Shown: piece by piece, positions 14,139-25,487 of the stretch
Numbering within the stretch: position 1 is the stretch's first letter
How the letters are laid out: the number at the start of each line of letters is the position of its first letter
NCBI RefSeq assembly: GCF_006345805.1
Contig: NC_042997.1
Location: 59,706,001-59,770,000 of the forward strand
Length of the DNA stretch: 64,000 nucleotides
Source of the DNA: Octopus sinensis
Taxonomy: Eukaryota
Direction of reading: 5' to 3'
Translations under genes and position numbers: made by a program
The notes under the pieces: generated by a model
Databases searched by the model: none
What the model was told of the DNA's origin: nothing
What the model saw: the letters and a program-made list of their open reading frames with translations, nothing else

Positions 14139-14567
14139 CAGTGGTTCCCGAAGTGGATGGTACTGCCCACCTGGGGGAAGTAGATAGATGAGGAAACATT
14201 GAAGAAAAGTGGAAGGATCATGCAGTAGCCAAAAGCGTGAAACTAGGAGAGGTGAAAGAAAGAGATAAAGGAATGTAAGGTGAAAATGGAGAGAGGGAGA
14301 AACCTAGCTAAGGAGGTATTACAACACATCAAAATCTTCACAGAAACTTTTGTTTTATTCTATGTTTTTCTTGACATAAATCAACTTTGTTTTACTATCA
14401 ACAAAATAATGGGTTAATTAGGTTAAGTTTTATTTGTGAAATGCAGTTGTTTTGAATTTGCTGCAAAAAGTGGTCTATACTGTGGTGGTGAGTGAGGCTA
14501 GGGGATGCTAGGAATGTGGCCTGAAGTGCCAAGGGGGTAGTATCCCAAAACAGTTTGGGAACCACTG
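14139..14567. mobile_element. Complete hAT-type MITE
   Basis: TIRs CAGTGGTTCCC...GGGAACCACTG and a perfect 8-bp TSD CTGTAAAT (14131-38, 14568-75). Confidence 0.88.
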
Positions 14568-14639
14568 CTGTAAATCATTCTCATAATTTTCCAAGTTTGT
14601 CACTTTTTTTTTTTTTTTTTTTTTTAGGAGTAGAGGGAA

Positions 14640-16945
14640 TAGTAGTTTACATTGACCTCAGTACTTGAAAGATACTTTTATCAACCTGAAAAGGATGAAA
14701 GGCAAAACTGACCGTGGCAGGATTTGAACTTAAAATGTAAAGATTTTGAAGAAATACCACCTAAGCATTTTCTCCTACTTGTTAACGATTCTGTCAGCTT
14801 GCCACCTTTTCATCACCCAAAATAATAATAATCCATTCTAATGTAGGCAAAAGACTTGAAATTTTTGTGGACAGGGGACTAATCGATTACATCTACCCTA
14901 GTGTTCAACTGGTATTGTAGTTTATCAACCTAGAAAGGATGAAAGGCAAAGTTGACCTCAGCAGAATTTGAACTTGGAATGTAAACAGGTCCCCACCTTA
15001 ATAATAACAATGGTTTCAAATTCTGGTACAGGGCCAGCAGTTTTTGAAGTGATAGGAAAGTTGATTACATCGACCCCCACTCCAGTACTTGACTAGTAAA
15101 TATTTTATTCAATCCAAAAGGACGAAAGGTAAACTAGATCTCTGGAAAATTTGAGCTCAGAATGTAAAGATAGTTGAAATGCCACTAAGCATTTTGTCCA
15201 GTATGCTATCAGGTCATTAAGAATGAAATGTCCGATTTTCTTATGCACCAAGTTTGACAGTCATTAACTCCAATGTTTTATCCCAACAATTCTTTGTTTT
15301 ACAACATTGAAGAGTTACATCAGTTTTTGAAATGCAATCCATGGTGTCTGATTATATTGTGAGTTTTTTCTTGTAAATCAATTTTTGTGAACCCATGGAT
15401 AGATCAAAAATTCTTGTTGTTTATGAATACGAGTTCCATCAAGGAACCAATGTATCTCAGACAGCTCAAAACATCAATGAGGTGTTTGGTGAAAATGTAG
15501 CGAATGAGCACAATGGTTTGAGAAGTTCTGGTCTGGTAACGTTACTCTTGAAAGTCAGCCCTGTGGTAGACCAGAGACCAAGGTGGATAATGATGAGCTG
15601 GAAACTGTAGTGGAAGCAGATACATCTCAAACTATGTCAGAATTGGTAGTAAGGTTTGATGTTTCGATTCCAACTGTGTTGGACTATCTGAAACAAATCA
15701 GCAACAGAAAGAAGCTGGACAAGTGAGTACCACACAAGCTGAACACGCATCAACTAACATGTCTTGAAACTTGCTGTTCTTTGCTGTCACAGCATAAAAG
15801 CAAACCATTTTTGCATCATATTGTTACGTGTGATGAAAAATGGATTCTTTTCAACAATAGTAAGCATTCTGTATGGTAGTTGGATAAAGACGAAGTGCCA
15901 AAACCCAATCCAAAGAAGAAAATTTACCAAAAAAAAAAAAAAAAAAAAAGCTAATGGTGTCTGTTTGGTGGTCCAGTGCTGGTGTCATCCACTATAGCTT
16001 CATGAGACCTGGTAAGTCAATTACAGCAGATGTATACATAAACCAACTGGATGAAATAAGTGAACTTGCAATTTAACAACCAAGATCAGTCAATAGAAAC
16101 ATGCCAATTCTCTTGCAAGACAATGCTCAACCACATGTTGCACAAAGAACACTACTCAAGTTACAGGAACTGAATTTGGAAGTACTCAGTCATCCACCAT
16201 ATTCACCAGACCTTGCACCAACTGACTATCATGTTTTCCAGGTATTAGACAACATTTTGCAAGGGAAAAACTTCAAATCTGAAGAGGATGCAAAAACAAC
16301 CTTCCATGATTTCAAATTCTTTGCTGCCAGCATAAATAAGCTACTGATAAAATGGCAAAATTGTGTTGATAATTTAGGTGCATGCTTTGGTATACTACAT
16401 TGCTTTTTGTTGAGATAAAGTAAAATAAACTTCCAGTTCAAAATTGGACATTTCGTTCTTAATGACCTGATAACAATTTTACCAGTTTGCCACCTTAACA
16501 ATAATAATTCTTTCAACTATAGGCACAAGATCTGAAATTTGTGGGGATCGGCTAGTTGATTACACTGACCCTAGTGCTCAGCTGGTACTTATTTCAACTC
16601 TGAAAGGATGAAAGACAAAGTGGACCTGAGTGGAATTTGAACTCAGAATGTAATACTGGAAGAAATACTGCTAAGCATTTTGGCCAATGTTCCCCATTTG
16701 AATAATAATAATAAAACTTTCAACTATAGACACAAGATCTGAAATTTTGTTTTGTTGGGTGGGATGGAGGGTTAGTTGATTACATCGACCCTAGTATGCA
16801 ACTGGTACTTAATTCATCAATCCCCAAAAGATGAAAGGCAAAGTTGCCCTGGGCAGAATTTGAACTCAGAATATAAATTTAGGCAAAATACCACTAAGCA
16901 TTTTGCCTGGCATACTAATAATTCTGCCAGCTTGCTACAATAATA
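14640..16945 (-). mobile_element. Stack of five head-to-tail copies of one SINE family (S1), the third split by a mariner
   Basis: Copies at about 14640-14810, 14830-15000, 15005-15208 plus 16471-16500, 16505-16710 and 16715-16945. All show GAAAGGATGAAAGGCAAA...GAATTTGAAC and are separated by (AAT)n tails. Confidence 0.8.
15209..16470 (+). mobile_element. Full-length mariner (D,D34D) with disrupted transposase
   Basis: TA TSD on both sides; TIRs TCAGGTCATTAAGAATGAAATGTCC / GGACATTTCGTTCTTAATGACCTGA; motifs YEYEFHQG (HTH), VTCDEKW, QDNAQPH, YSPDLAPTDY; several frameshifts and stops. Confidence 0.95.
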
Positions 16946-16974
16946 ATAAAAATAATAATACTTTTAGTACTTAC

Positions 16975-17047
16975 TGTCCTGTAAATGATTTATTCGTTTT
17001 ATGAGAATTGCTTTCATCTGTTCCGTTTGGGAATTATGGTCACTTAG
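16975..17047 (-). CDS. Host gene exon (73 nt, phase 0 to 1)
   Basis: Acceptor gactctctccag, donor ACA|gtaagt; LSDHNSQTEQMKAILIKRINHLQD. Confidence 0.75.
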
Positions 17048-17309
17048 CTGGAGAGAGTCATGTAAGATTAATATTTTTAAGAACAAATCAAATCAGCAAT
17101 AAATATTTTAGCAAATTTATATTTTAACTAGAGTCTATGATAATAACTGGGGACAAAGTCTTTCATACCTTATAACATTCAAGCTTCTTTTAAAAAAAAA
17201 TCTAGAATTATATTTCTATATATTTATGATGTAAGTAGAATTTTGTAATATTTTTGCCCCAACTATACCATTCATTGGTCAGTTGAAATATTACAAATGT
17301 GAGATGTCT

Positions 17310-17870
17310 TTTTTCAGTCGTTTTTGTCAATGGACTGCAGCCATGCTAGGGTAATACCTTGAAGGGTTTTAGTTGAATACATTGACCCTAGTACTTTTTT
17401 TTTTTAAATTGATACTTATTCTAACAGTCTTTTGGGCCAAACTGCTAAGTTATAAGAGTGAAGGAGCATAGTTCAGTGGTTAGAGTATCAGGCTCACAAT
17501 CATAAGGTTGTGAGTTCAATTCCCAGACTGGGCTGTATATTGCATTCTTAAGCAAGACATTTTATTTCACATTGTTTCAGTTCACTCAGCAGTAGAAATG
17601 AGATGCGATGTCACTGGTGCCAAGTTGTATCAGCCTTTACTTTCCCTTGGATAACATCAGTGGCATGGAGAGGGGAGGCTGGTATGCATGGGCAACTGCT
17701 GATCTTCCATAAACAACCTTGCCTGGACTTGTGCCTGAGAGAAGAACTTTCTAGGTGCAATCTCATGGTCATTCATGACTGAAGGGGATCTTTACCCTAT
17801 TTAAGTTCTGAGAACAAACTAATACCGGCTGTCAAGCAGTGGAAGAGGCGACAAACACAGACATACACAT
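17310..17870 (+). mobile_element. Repeat family S3 copy split by a younger SINE
   Basis: GACTGCAGCCATGCT...CTGCTAAGTT continues after the insertion with ...ACCGGCTGTCAAGC..GACAAACAC. Other copies near 11500-11690, 33065-33150, 47215-47375 (minus), 48485-48600, 55880-55940 (minus) and 56130-56330. Confidence 0.65.
17458..17801 (+). mobile_element. tRNA-derived SINE (CAC anticodon-like loop)
   Basis: A-box TAGTTCAGTGG, B-box GAGTTCAATTCC; 12-bp TSD with two mismatches (TAAGTTATAAGA / TAAGTTCTGAGA); same head at 63920. Confidence 0.85.
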
Positions 17871-17939
17871 ATTTATATACATCCCCTCTACAAGTCACTC
17901 ACAAGGTACTGGTCAGTCCAAGGTTATTGTAGATGAAAA

Positions 17940-18300
17940 AAATTTCATATGAAACAACTACAATTAAAGGAAGGCAATTAACAAATGTTATTGCTAGGAA
18001 TGAAGTAATACAAGGAAGGGTTATCTAGTTCAGTGAATCAACCCAATTATATAAATAGAGATGAAAAATACTCGACTTAGACTGGACAGAGAACCACCAG
18101 ATAAATTAAGGAAATGAATTTTCAGTAAATGACTTGGTCATAAATATACAGTTTCTATTTCGACTTTAACACTGAAATTATAAAAAAAACAACAACAATA
18201 GTATTTGTTGGGAAATATTAGCTGAATAAATTTAGAAAACTAAATTTCTATAAGAGTAATTTAACCAATAGATAGTCAGTAAAATAATGATTCCAGGTTA
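17940..18300 (+). pseudogene. Third Cys-loop-receptor-like fragment
   Basis: Clear nucleotide similarity to 13205-13390 (NVIARNEVIQGRVI..ESTQ...LDLDWTE), then NDLVIN, GNIS* and *PIDSQ resembling the PDxxxxN, GxVxW and FPxDxQ motifs; several stops. Confidence 0.4.
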
Positions 18301-19137
18301 GTGAGAATAGAAGGTTTATGATAAGTAAAAAGCAACAGTCATTTCTAAAATACGAGGCAAATAATGAACAGAGAGAAAATAGACAAATATTAGTGTCAGA
18401 GCAAAATTGGTAAATTTGTTATGTTAAAATGAGAATTTTTAAAAAATTGAATATTTAACAAATGTGTGTGTTGTGTTACATGAAAAATTAAATCTACAAC
18501 TTTCAAGCGTGGCCATTCTATCATTCTCATCATTTATCCATGCTGACATGGGTTGGCTGGTTTGACAGGAGCTGGCAAGCCAGAAAGCAGCAAACAAGCT
18601 CTAACTTTGTTTTGGCATGGTTTCTTTGACTGGATGCTCTTCCTAACACCAACTACTTTAAAGAATATATTGGGTGCCTCGTACATGGCACCAGAATGGA
18701 TGCTTTTTTTTATATGTGGCACCAGCACCCGCAGGGTTGCCAAGTAGCTTGCAAGACAAAGACCTCTCAACTGAGAGAAGGAGTGGACCTGAGAGAAGTG
18801 GCTATGTGCCAGGCGAGCAGTTGGAGTATGATAGAGGGACAGTGATAGCTGTCTTACTACAAAGGAGTTACTTGGGCTAAGAAAAACATTTTCTTTGTAA
18901 GTCCTGAACATTAAAAGTCATCTTCATAGCACAGAAACTTATTAAATTTTGTGACATTTGTAGAGAAAGGATGACTATGTTGAAGAGTAGACCAAATTAA
19001 AGTCTTTAGCAAATGAAATTTGTAAACTTTAATAAACACTGAGTGGAAAATATTCATTTGTATCTTAACCAAGTGAAAAAATGGTTTTGTTTATATACAT
19101 ACATTAATAGATAAATTTAAATCTTGTTAAAACTGAC

Positions 19138-19272
19138 CTCAGCAAGTTTTAAATTATCTTTAATGGACTGGGAATGAAGTCTGCTATATTTAGCTTGTAA
19201 TTCTTTCATATACTTCCAAATGATCTTCATTTCTGTTTTATTTTCCTCAAAAAGCTCTGCTGTATTTTTCCC
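19138..19272 (-). CDS. Host gene exon (135 nt, phase 0 to 0), coiled-coil-like
   Basis: Acceptor catttttacag, donor GAG|gtcagt; GKNTAELFEENKTEMKIIWKYMKELQAKYSRLHSQSIKDNLKLAE. Confidence 0.8.
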
Positions 19273-19382
19273 CTGTAAAAATGTTTATTTGCCACAGGGG
19301 CATCAGATGAAGGAGACATTACAAAGATAGGTTACATAAAGTGTAAAAGTTTACACAAGAATTCAACAAGAAAAACAACAAA

Positions 19383-19811
19383 TTAGATAAAAAGTATACA
19401 GAGCAGACAAATAGTCCTCTGGTAGGATCTCAAACTAGAGTAAATAAAAAACACCATGGATGCAAGATCACTTTGACCACCTGGAGCAGTCTCAATTGTC
19501 TGTCTCCCAGCTGTCATTTTCCAACATACAGGTTTATGCTGCAAGTAGATCCATTCACTCCTATTTTTACCAATCATCCACCTTTTAACAAATTTATCAG
19601 ATGATAGCATCTTTCTCTTCACTTTCAGTTCCTTTTCTAAGTGGAACTTGAAAAATTTGATGAAATCTTTCATCCTTTCAGCTTTGTCCATTATACAACC
19701 CCTTTCACCATAACCACTAGACAGGAAAACTATTTGCCCTTCTGGGTTAAAGAAAAAACGAGGTGATCTCCAAAACAGACTATCAATTGTTTGACCTATC
19801 CTACATGCCAT
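19383..19811 (-). mobile_element. Possible C-terminal remnant of a Tx1/L1-like ORF2
   Basis: FFKFHLEKELKVKRKMLSSDKFVKRW resembles Tx1 ORF2 C-termini; no splice signals that fit the host gene. Confidence 0.3.
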
Positions 19812-20628
19812 AGCAGCTTTTCATAATAACTCCATGCTTGCATAAGTAAGGCAGAATTCGTTGAAATTTTCTATGATTAGATGCCCTTCTTGTCAGTGCA
19901 TAAAATGTGGTAATGAATGACAGTGAAATACTGGTCATTCAATACAGAAGATCAGTGAGAACTGCAAAGAATAAGATTAGCTTGCTGCACTTGATATGAA
20001 AGCACAGTGAACTAACAAAAAGAGGAATCTTTCCTCTTTTTTGTTTTCTTTTTTCAGGGAACTAACAAAAAAGGAATTCTTTGTTCTAAGCAAAGAGAGA
20101 TTACTGGTTTCTATAGAGGATGGTGGTTTGGTTAAGTGCCATATGACCCATGTGAAAGCAAATTATGACCAAGGAAAAACATGGGAAGAAGTAGTGAAGG
20201 TTAATCTCAAGAACTTCATGAAGGTGATGACAAAGGACTGTCACAAGTGATAAAGTGCTGTTCTAGAAATCCATGCAATAATGGGGAAAATAAATATGAA
20301 TAGTGTTGATAAAGAAATGAGAAAAATATAAATTATATTATCACATTTCCTTTTCACAACCACCACAGCGCAAAGCGGTCCTCATGATTGTGTGTTCATG
20401 AGATGTGTGATCTAAACAGTTTTGAGTAAGAACCAAAAAGAGACGTATGAACATGCAATGCACATGCGCACACTGAATTCATAAAATGGAAGAAATGAAT
20501 AAAAATGCAATGTACATGTCAAACAAGTTATATGATGGTTTGCATGCCACGTCTGATACCACTAACATACAGTTTTGCTGTAAGTTTGTTTGAAACATGA
20601 CATATTGAAGCACCAAAAAATAACTTAC

Positions 20629-20712
20629 ATCATTCTTGAGAGAAAACATAAGGTTTTTGAGATCATCAAATGCCTTCATCAGTTTTAACATAGCAGACTT
20701 TTCATTAGGATC
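20629..20712 (-). CDS. Host gene exon (84 nt, phase 0 to 0)
   Basis: Acceptor ttttttattcaaacag, donor GAT|gtaagt; DPNEKSAMLKLMKAFDDLKNLMFSLKND (helical). Confidence 0.8.
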
Positions 20713-21599
20713 CTGTTTGAATAAAAAAAGATTGTCTTGGCTTAATTAGCAATAAGTAATGATTATTCATAAATTCATGCTTAATACTATGTCAGCTTTA
20801 AAAATGTAGTGTAGCATGAAACCCCTTAATAAAGTAATGGTCTAAGAGATTGCTTTATATTTGGGAAACTTCTTCGGCCTGAAACATTCACATGACAGAC
20901 TCAATATTAATTATACAAAAAAAAAAAGTACACTGGCCAGGCTATGTATTTTTCTCTACTGGAGGTATAGGGAAAATCTCACTTGCTTAATGTTCTAGAA
21001 GATACAAGTATGTGCCAGTGAGCATTGTATTGAATTAAAGACCAGAAACCATTGTAATATTGTGAGAAAAGACAGAAAGAGATATGGTTTAACAATAAAC
21101 TAGTGTTTGAAGCCAGTTATGAACTGAAAGGCTTGGTTATCAGTTAAAAGATTTGGTTTTGTTATGACATGGTATGGTATGTTAGTGTATGGACATGAAC
21201 ACATGGGCTAAATGCATTGATATCAAATTAACTGTTAAATGTACAAAATATTAGCTTCTGTTTAAATCTTACAGTCAGTAATTTGTATGGAACAAATAAA
21301 GAAGACCTTACATAATCTATTTGTAATTCAGGGCAAATACTGTTAAGTTCTGTAACAATCCATTTTGAAGAAATGCAATTTTTATGAACATTCTGGAAAA
21401 AAAAAAATTAATCTTGAAGATAACATTACTGTGACATTTTGAAAAAGGAGCAAAATATCTAATTTTTTTTTACACGGGAATTTAATAAAAATAGTGTATA
21501 GCTGTGAAAATAAGACTTTCAGAACGAACAGAATATTTCTTAATCAAAAACAGTTCCATTTCAAAACAAAAAAAAAAGACTGACAAATGTTTTTAAAAA

Positions 21600-22220
21600 C
21601 CTATTTCATTGTTAATTATAGAAGCACTAACCATTATTCTCAGTTCTTTCTCCCTAAAGCAATGACCATATAGAATGTCTTTCTTGTTTGCTTCTCCTAC
21701 AGCTATCAACAAGCTACTATTTAAGAGAAACAACACTGCCAAAACTGCATCATCAAAACTATGCTTCACTTCAAAATCAGAACATATTTCTATTCTGATC
21801 AATTTTTGAATCTCTACAAAGTGACAAATGTTAAACTTTTTAGTACACACTATCTTCCAACCAATAAAAAATAAGAGACCATTACTTCGGAAAAAGTAAG
21901 CTGTGTATATCATTTCCACCCAATCCCTTCCATGCACTTGCCTTTCCAATGGTCAACCCTCTTTTGTAGTATCCTATCCTCAAATCATACCCTAAGTACT
22001 TTATCTGACTTTGCTTCCTGAAAATGCAGCCAGTCATCTGAAATACTTTTTCTGTTCACGTCTTCTCAATGGATATTAACGTACAGAAATTCAAGTTGAA
22101 CAATTGCATCACTCTCCTCAATCTTGAGAGACACTCTAAATATCAAACATCCTTCCTACTAATTAGCAAAAGGATAAACAAAAAATCCAGCCATGGGTTT
22201 GAATTTTGGTTAATTCAATT
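21600..22220 (-). mobile_element. Decayed L1/Tx1-like reverse transcriptase remnant
   Basis: VNRKS, IKYLGYDL and SLLFPK*W motifs in the expected order, with stops. Confidence 0.4.
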
Positions 22221-22690
22221 TACAATATTTACAGCTGCAGTTTGTCTCAATACAGATTATATAATTCAAATGTTCAGCCTTTATGCCAAATACTATTTGG
22301 CTTCATATGCAAGACAGTGAATCAGACTCTACATGGTTACTTAGTCTGCTAGAAGTAATAGCCAATTCTCAATTCACACTAGCATCTTAAATAAAGGAAG
22401 GATACATTAGATAATATGCTTCATATGGTGCAGCTTTTACATGGTTACTTGATCTGCTAGGAATGACAATTGGATAATGTACTCCCTAATATGTAAAAGG
22501 ATGGGTAAGCCTATAAACCAAGCAGACCTTGATCACAAGTCTGCTTGATAAGGTCTAACTAGGGACTGGCTGAATAACAATGTTCAAACATTTCATTTCA
22601 GTTCCCATGATATGTAAATCAATGCATCAGATTAGAGTTAAACAAATATATATTTGCAACAGAAGCAGTATTAATAAGAGGTAATATTTA

Positions 22691-22895
22691 TCCCCACTTA
22701 AACATGGATGTTCTTATTAGAACAATCTTTACTGTGGTAGTTACCATGAGAGAATCTCTCATACTAACATTTTGGTACACACTTGTTTATATCAAGAGTG
22801 CATTTTGGCACTAAAAAGCCAATATGAGAGTTTCTCTCATGGTAACTAATGCTGTAAAGATTGTTCTAATAAGAACATCCATGTTCAAGCGGGGA
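22691..22895. mobile_element. Fold-back MITE, Tc1/mariner-type (TA flanks)
   Basis: ~75-bp inverted arms TCCCC.CTT.AACATGGATGTTCTTATTAGAACAATCTTTAC...TTACCATGAGAGAA; TA on both sides. Confidence 0.85.
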
Positions 22896-22955
22896 TAAAT
22901 ATTAAACATAAATGATCTAAATTTAATAAAGGTTAAAACATATTCAAAACCTTAC

Positions 22956-23046
22956 TTTTGAGGTGTTATGTTCTGGACTTATAGGTGAAACATTGAGGCT
23001 AAAATAATCACTAACAGTTGGAACTCTCTTAGCATTAGCATCTTGA
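22956..23046 (-). CDS. Host gene exon (91 nt, phase 2 to 0)
   Basis: Long polypyrimidine acceptor ttttctttttctttttttag, donor AAA|gtaagg; (G)QDANAKRVPTVSDYFSLNVSPISPEHNTSK. Resolves the phase between its neighbours. Not in the ORF track. Confidence 0.8.
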
Positions 23047-23624
23047 CTAAAAAAAGAAAAAGAAAAGGACATTAATAACAAAAATTTTTTAATTCCTATG
23101 ACAGGATGTAGTGAACCCCAAGTTTGTGTTGAGCTCCATTCTCAACCTTAGTATGGTTTCTATGGATGGATGCCCTTCCTCATGCCAACAACTTTACAGT
23201 GTGCACTATGTGCTTTTTTTCATGCCAGCAGCATCAGTAGGTCACCGAGTAATTTGCAAGGTAAGGAAAAAACAGGAGAAAGGAATACAACTTAGTTTGC
23301 ATCTTCCTGTTATGTTTATACCAATTCATGTGGAGGTAACTTTGCTTACTACACCCTTTCATTGGTTTTTAATCTATAGATTTTGAAAGTTTCAACCAAA
23401 TGAACTCTGTATTTCCTATAGCCAGCAGAAGAGTAGCTGCATTGGATGGTAAGCAAGGGGGCAGTTCACCCCAGGCAACACTTATGGGGATGGCATTTTT
23501 GGGGTCTACTGTATAAGCCTGTATAGGCTGCAGAGTGGGAGCAATCAAAGACTCACAGGCAGCACACTAGCTTCACCACTGACAACTAGCCCCACACATA
23601 AATAAAAAAAAATGTTCAAATTAC

Positions 23625-23893
23625 CCATATGAAAATGCAGTGATCAGGTTATCAACTGAAGATCTCTTCAGGATTTCCTCTTCACTCTTGTTTTGTATTT
23701 CAGCTGTTTGTGTAGCAGATTGATTAAAGTCAGTATGTTGTTCTTGAGTCTTGACAGGAACTATATAACTTGCATCAGAAAATTCTCTATGCATAGAAGT
23801 TTCAGAAACTGCATAATTAAATTGGTTATCATCTTGAAATAATTGGAAGTAGTCTGCCATTTCATCATGTACAGTTTTATTATTATCATTGCC
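23625..23893 (-). CDS. Host gene exon (269 nt, phase 0 to 2)
   Basis: Acceptor ttattttcag, donor TGG|gtaatt; GNDNNKTVHDEMADYFQLF...ITAFSY. Confidence 0.85.
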
Positions 23894-24311
23894 CTGAAAA
23901 TAATATATATATATTAGGATTATTTTTAAAACTTATATAATGCTATCATTGCTTACATGCTGCTAAAGGGCCAATAATTAGCACAATTTATTACAAAGAG
24001 TAACAAGTGAATGGATAATTCAATGCAGAACAAATATCACAAGAAACTTCATTCAAAGAGCAACAGCTTTGCAGTTGCCTCACCAATAGTTACATCCCTC
24101 AATACTATATCCCATTCAGTTAAGAGGTCTTGTCATCTGGGTACTCAGTGACCTCATCAATGCTGGTACAATGAAAAGAGTACCCAGTTATAGAAACCAT
24201 GCCAATGCAGAGAATAGAATAACTTGGTACAGACCTCAGGAATTCAAAGTCCATGATGAATCATCCAACCTATGCCATCATGGGAAAAGGAATGTTCAAA
24301 AGATTTTAATT

Positions 24312-25375
24312 GAGAGGAGGGAGAGAGAGATAAGAGATAGAGGAGAGGAGAGGAGAGGAGGAGAGGAGAGGAGAGGAGAGAGATAGAGGAGAGGAGAGGA
24401 GAGGAGAGGAGAGAGATAGAGGAGAGGAGAGGAAGGAGAAGAGGAGAGGAGAGGAGAGAGATAGAGGAGAGGAGAGGAGAGAGATAGAGGAGAGGAGAGG
24501 AGAGAGATAGAGGAGGAGAGGATAGAGGAGAGGAGGAGAGGGAGGGAGAGGAGAGGAGAGAGATAGAGGAGAGATAGAGGAGAGGAGAGAGATAGAGGAG
24601 AGGAGAGAGATAGAGGAGAGGAGAGAGATAGAGGAGAGGAGAGAGATAGAGGAGAGGAGAGAGATAGAGGAGAGGAGAGGATAGAGGAGAGGAGAGGATA
24701 GAGGAGAGGAGAGGATAGAGGAGAATAGAGGAGAGGAGAGGATAGAGATAGAGGAGAGGAGAGGATAGAGATAGAGGAGAGGATAGGATAGAGGAGAGGA
24801 TAGGATAGGATAGAGATAGAGGAGAGGATAGGATAGAGATAGAGGAGAGGAGAGGAGGAGATAGAGATAGAGGAAGGAGATAGAAGCGAGAGGAGAGAGA
24901 TAGAAGCGAGAGGAGAGAGATAGAAGCGAGAGGAGAGAGATAGAAGCGAGAGGAGAGAGATAGAAGCGAGAGGAGAGAGATAGAAGCGAGAGGAGAGAGA
25001 TAGAAGCGAGAGGAGAGAGATAGAAGCGAGAGGAGAGAGATAGAAGCGAGAGAGAGAGATAGAAGCGAGAGAATAGAGATAGAAGCGAGAGGAGAGAGAT
25101 AGAAGCGAGAGGAGAGATAGAAGCGAGAGGAGAGAGATAGAAGCGAGAGGAGAGAGATAGAAGCGAGAGGAGAGAGATAGAAGCGAGAGGAGAGAGATAG
25201 AAGCGAGAGGAGAGAGATAGAAGCGAGAGGAGAGAGATAGAAGCGAGAGGAGAGAGATAGAAGCGAGAGGAGAGAGATAGAAGCGAGAGGAGAGAGATAG
25301 AAGCGAGAGGAGAGAGATAGAAGCGAGAGGAGAGAGATAGAAGCGAGAGGAGAGAGATAGAAGCGAGAGGAGAGG
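24312..25375. repeat. Purine-rich satellite: GAGAG/GAGGA mix, 18-mer, then ~24 copies of a 20-mer
   Basis: 18-mer TAGAGGAGAGGAGAGAGA near 24590-24670; 20-mer TAGAAGCGAGAGGAGAGAGA at 24881-25373. Confidence 0.95.
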
Positions 25376-25487
25376 AATCCCATTATTAGGCAATAATAAA
25401 GTGATTCAATTAGACAAGATTAACACATGGATTTGTGAAAATTTTAAGATTAAAACAAAAAGGTCAAGAAACTCACTTTTTACTTAC

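Noticed and set aside
17458-17535. tRNA genes (also 33620-33696, 56857-56930, 63920-64000)
   Set aside because: They lack a complete acceptor stem and continue into repeat bodies, so they are SINE heads.
18877-18903. Alternative terminal exon DLQRKCFS*
   Set aside because: The acceptor is plausible, but a better-supported in-phase exon follows at 17047; cannot be supported without RNA data.
24881-25373. CRISPR-like regular 20-bp repeats
   Set aside because: No unique spacers and no cas genes; a plain tandem minisatellite in eukaryotic DNA.
24244-25393. 365-379 aa Leu/Ser-rich ORFs
   Set aside because: Translation of the GA-rich satellite, intronic to the host gene.
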